DNA from: Octopus bimaculoides
Taxonomy: Eukaryota
DNA: 64,000 nt
Assembly (NCBI RefSeq): GCF_001194135.2
Contig: NC_068995.1
Location: 4,448,405 to 4,512,404, forward strand
Direction of reading: 5' to 3'
Every line of letters starts with the position of its first letter. The first letter of the stretch is position 1. Shown one piece after another: positions 62,853-64,000 of this stretch. The notes under the pieces are model-generated. The model did no database searches. It was not told where the DNA came from and saw nothing but the letters and a program-made list of their open reading frames with translations. The translations under genes and the position numbers were made by a program.

Positions 62853-63699
62853 GAATATATGTGTGTGTATGTGTGTATAAATGTTTGCTATTTGTTTATT
62901 CATGTTATTCAGTATATCCTCTGGGTCGAGTCTAGTGAATGTTCTCTCAGCCATCGTTTCCTTACGTAGCCACCACCAAAGAAGACAAAAATGACAGCAT
63001 TGGATTTACGTATCACTTAACGAAAGAATACAGACTCTCAAAGAAATGCATTTAATACCTGATCGCAAATGTGCAACAAATTGTTCGTTAGAGGTGTTAA
63101 TTGAAAGAACTTCAGAGAATTGATCTTACTATGGCATCTAAAAGACTTCGGGTGGTGCTTTAAGTGAAGAATGATTGAAATACATAATGGAGAGAAAGCT
63201 TAGTTAAACAGTGTGTGTGTGTGTGTGTGTATTGTGTGAGTGTGTGTGCGTGAATGTGTTGTCCTAATATGACTCTACTTTTATGGAAGAAACAAAATGG
63301 ATGCGGATTATGTATGCACTTAGTATGTTTCTATTCCTGTTATGGTGGCTACAGTATAGTCGAGTATGAACATATATATATATATGTATGTATATACATA
63401 TATTATGAATTTGTGTGTATAAGTGTGCGTGTCTATATGTGTGTGCGTGTGTGTGTGTGCGTGTATGTGTGTGCGTTTTATGATGTTCCAGTCAATTTGA
63501 CCTTCTCAATAAATTCGACTTTATTTTCAATATAGAATCTCTTCATCAAGAAAGATCGCTTCATATTCTTAAAGTTGGTTTGAAATAATAATTTCATTTC
63601 AACCTTTACACACAACCAAACACACACAAACACAAAGACACATACACATAAGCGCGCGCACACTCATATGCAAACACATAGATATACAGCCATTTGCAC

Positions 63700-63727
63700 T
63701 TATATATATATATGTATATATATATGT

Positions 63728-63792
<65 letters not shown>

Positions 63793-63830
63793 CATGCACA
63801 CACCCACACATATATATGTATATATATGTA

Positions 63831-63906
<76 letters not shown>
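63700..63906. repeat. Compound (TA)n/(GT)n block
   Basis: Direct reading. Confidence 0.96.
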
Positions 63907-63907
<1 letters not shown>

Positions 63908-64000
63908 TTGAAGCATATGATGCGTTGAAAACCTCTTCAAACTGCACTGCAGTAGTCTCTCTCGCAAAAGCATCTCTTAGAGACGACTATACGTTTATAC

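Overview
Non-coding, repeat-saturated animal genomic DNA from a gapped short-read scaffold: 13 N-runs totalling about 7.2 kb, most bordered by (TA)n. The microsatellite density and the tRNA-derived SINE families point to a coleoid cephalopod, most likely Octopus. That is pattern recognition, not a database result. I found no protein-coding gene, rRNA, intact tRNA or CRISPR array, and nearly every ORF in the supplied track is an artefact of microsatellites or N-runs. The supportable content is: more than 30 copies or fragments of at least four SINE families that share modules; a decayed DD37D (maT-type) Tc1/mariner transposase; an internally deleted mariner; a Tc1 5' end; three kinds of MITE; a non-autonomous element with Helitron2/Helentron-type termini; and the 3' end of an R4/Dong-type LINE with two copies of a ~400-470 bp non-autonomous element that shares its 3' tail and sits in trinucleotide tracts. 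I cannot show a clearly new biological system. The best leads are the microsatellite-targeted Dong-partner element, a 55-nt hairpin overlapping a bipartite miR-183/263-complementary site, two Penelope-type minimal hammerhead ribozyme relics, SINE self-insertion and module shuffling, a 292-bp palindrome, inverted SINE pairs (possible ADAR substrates) and two CTCF-like sites.
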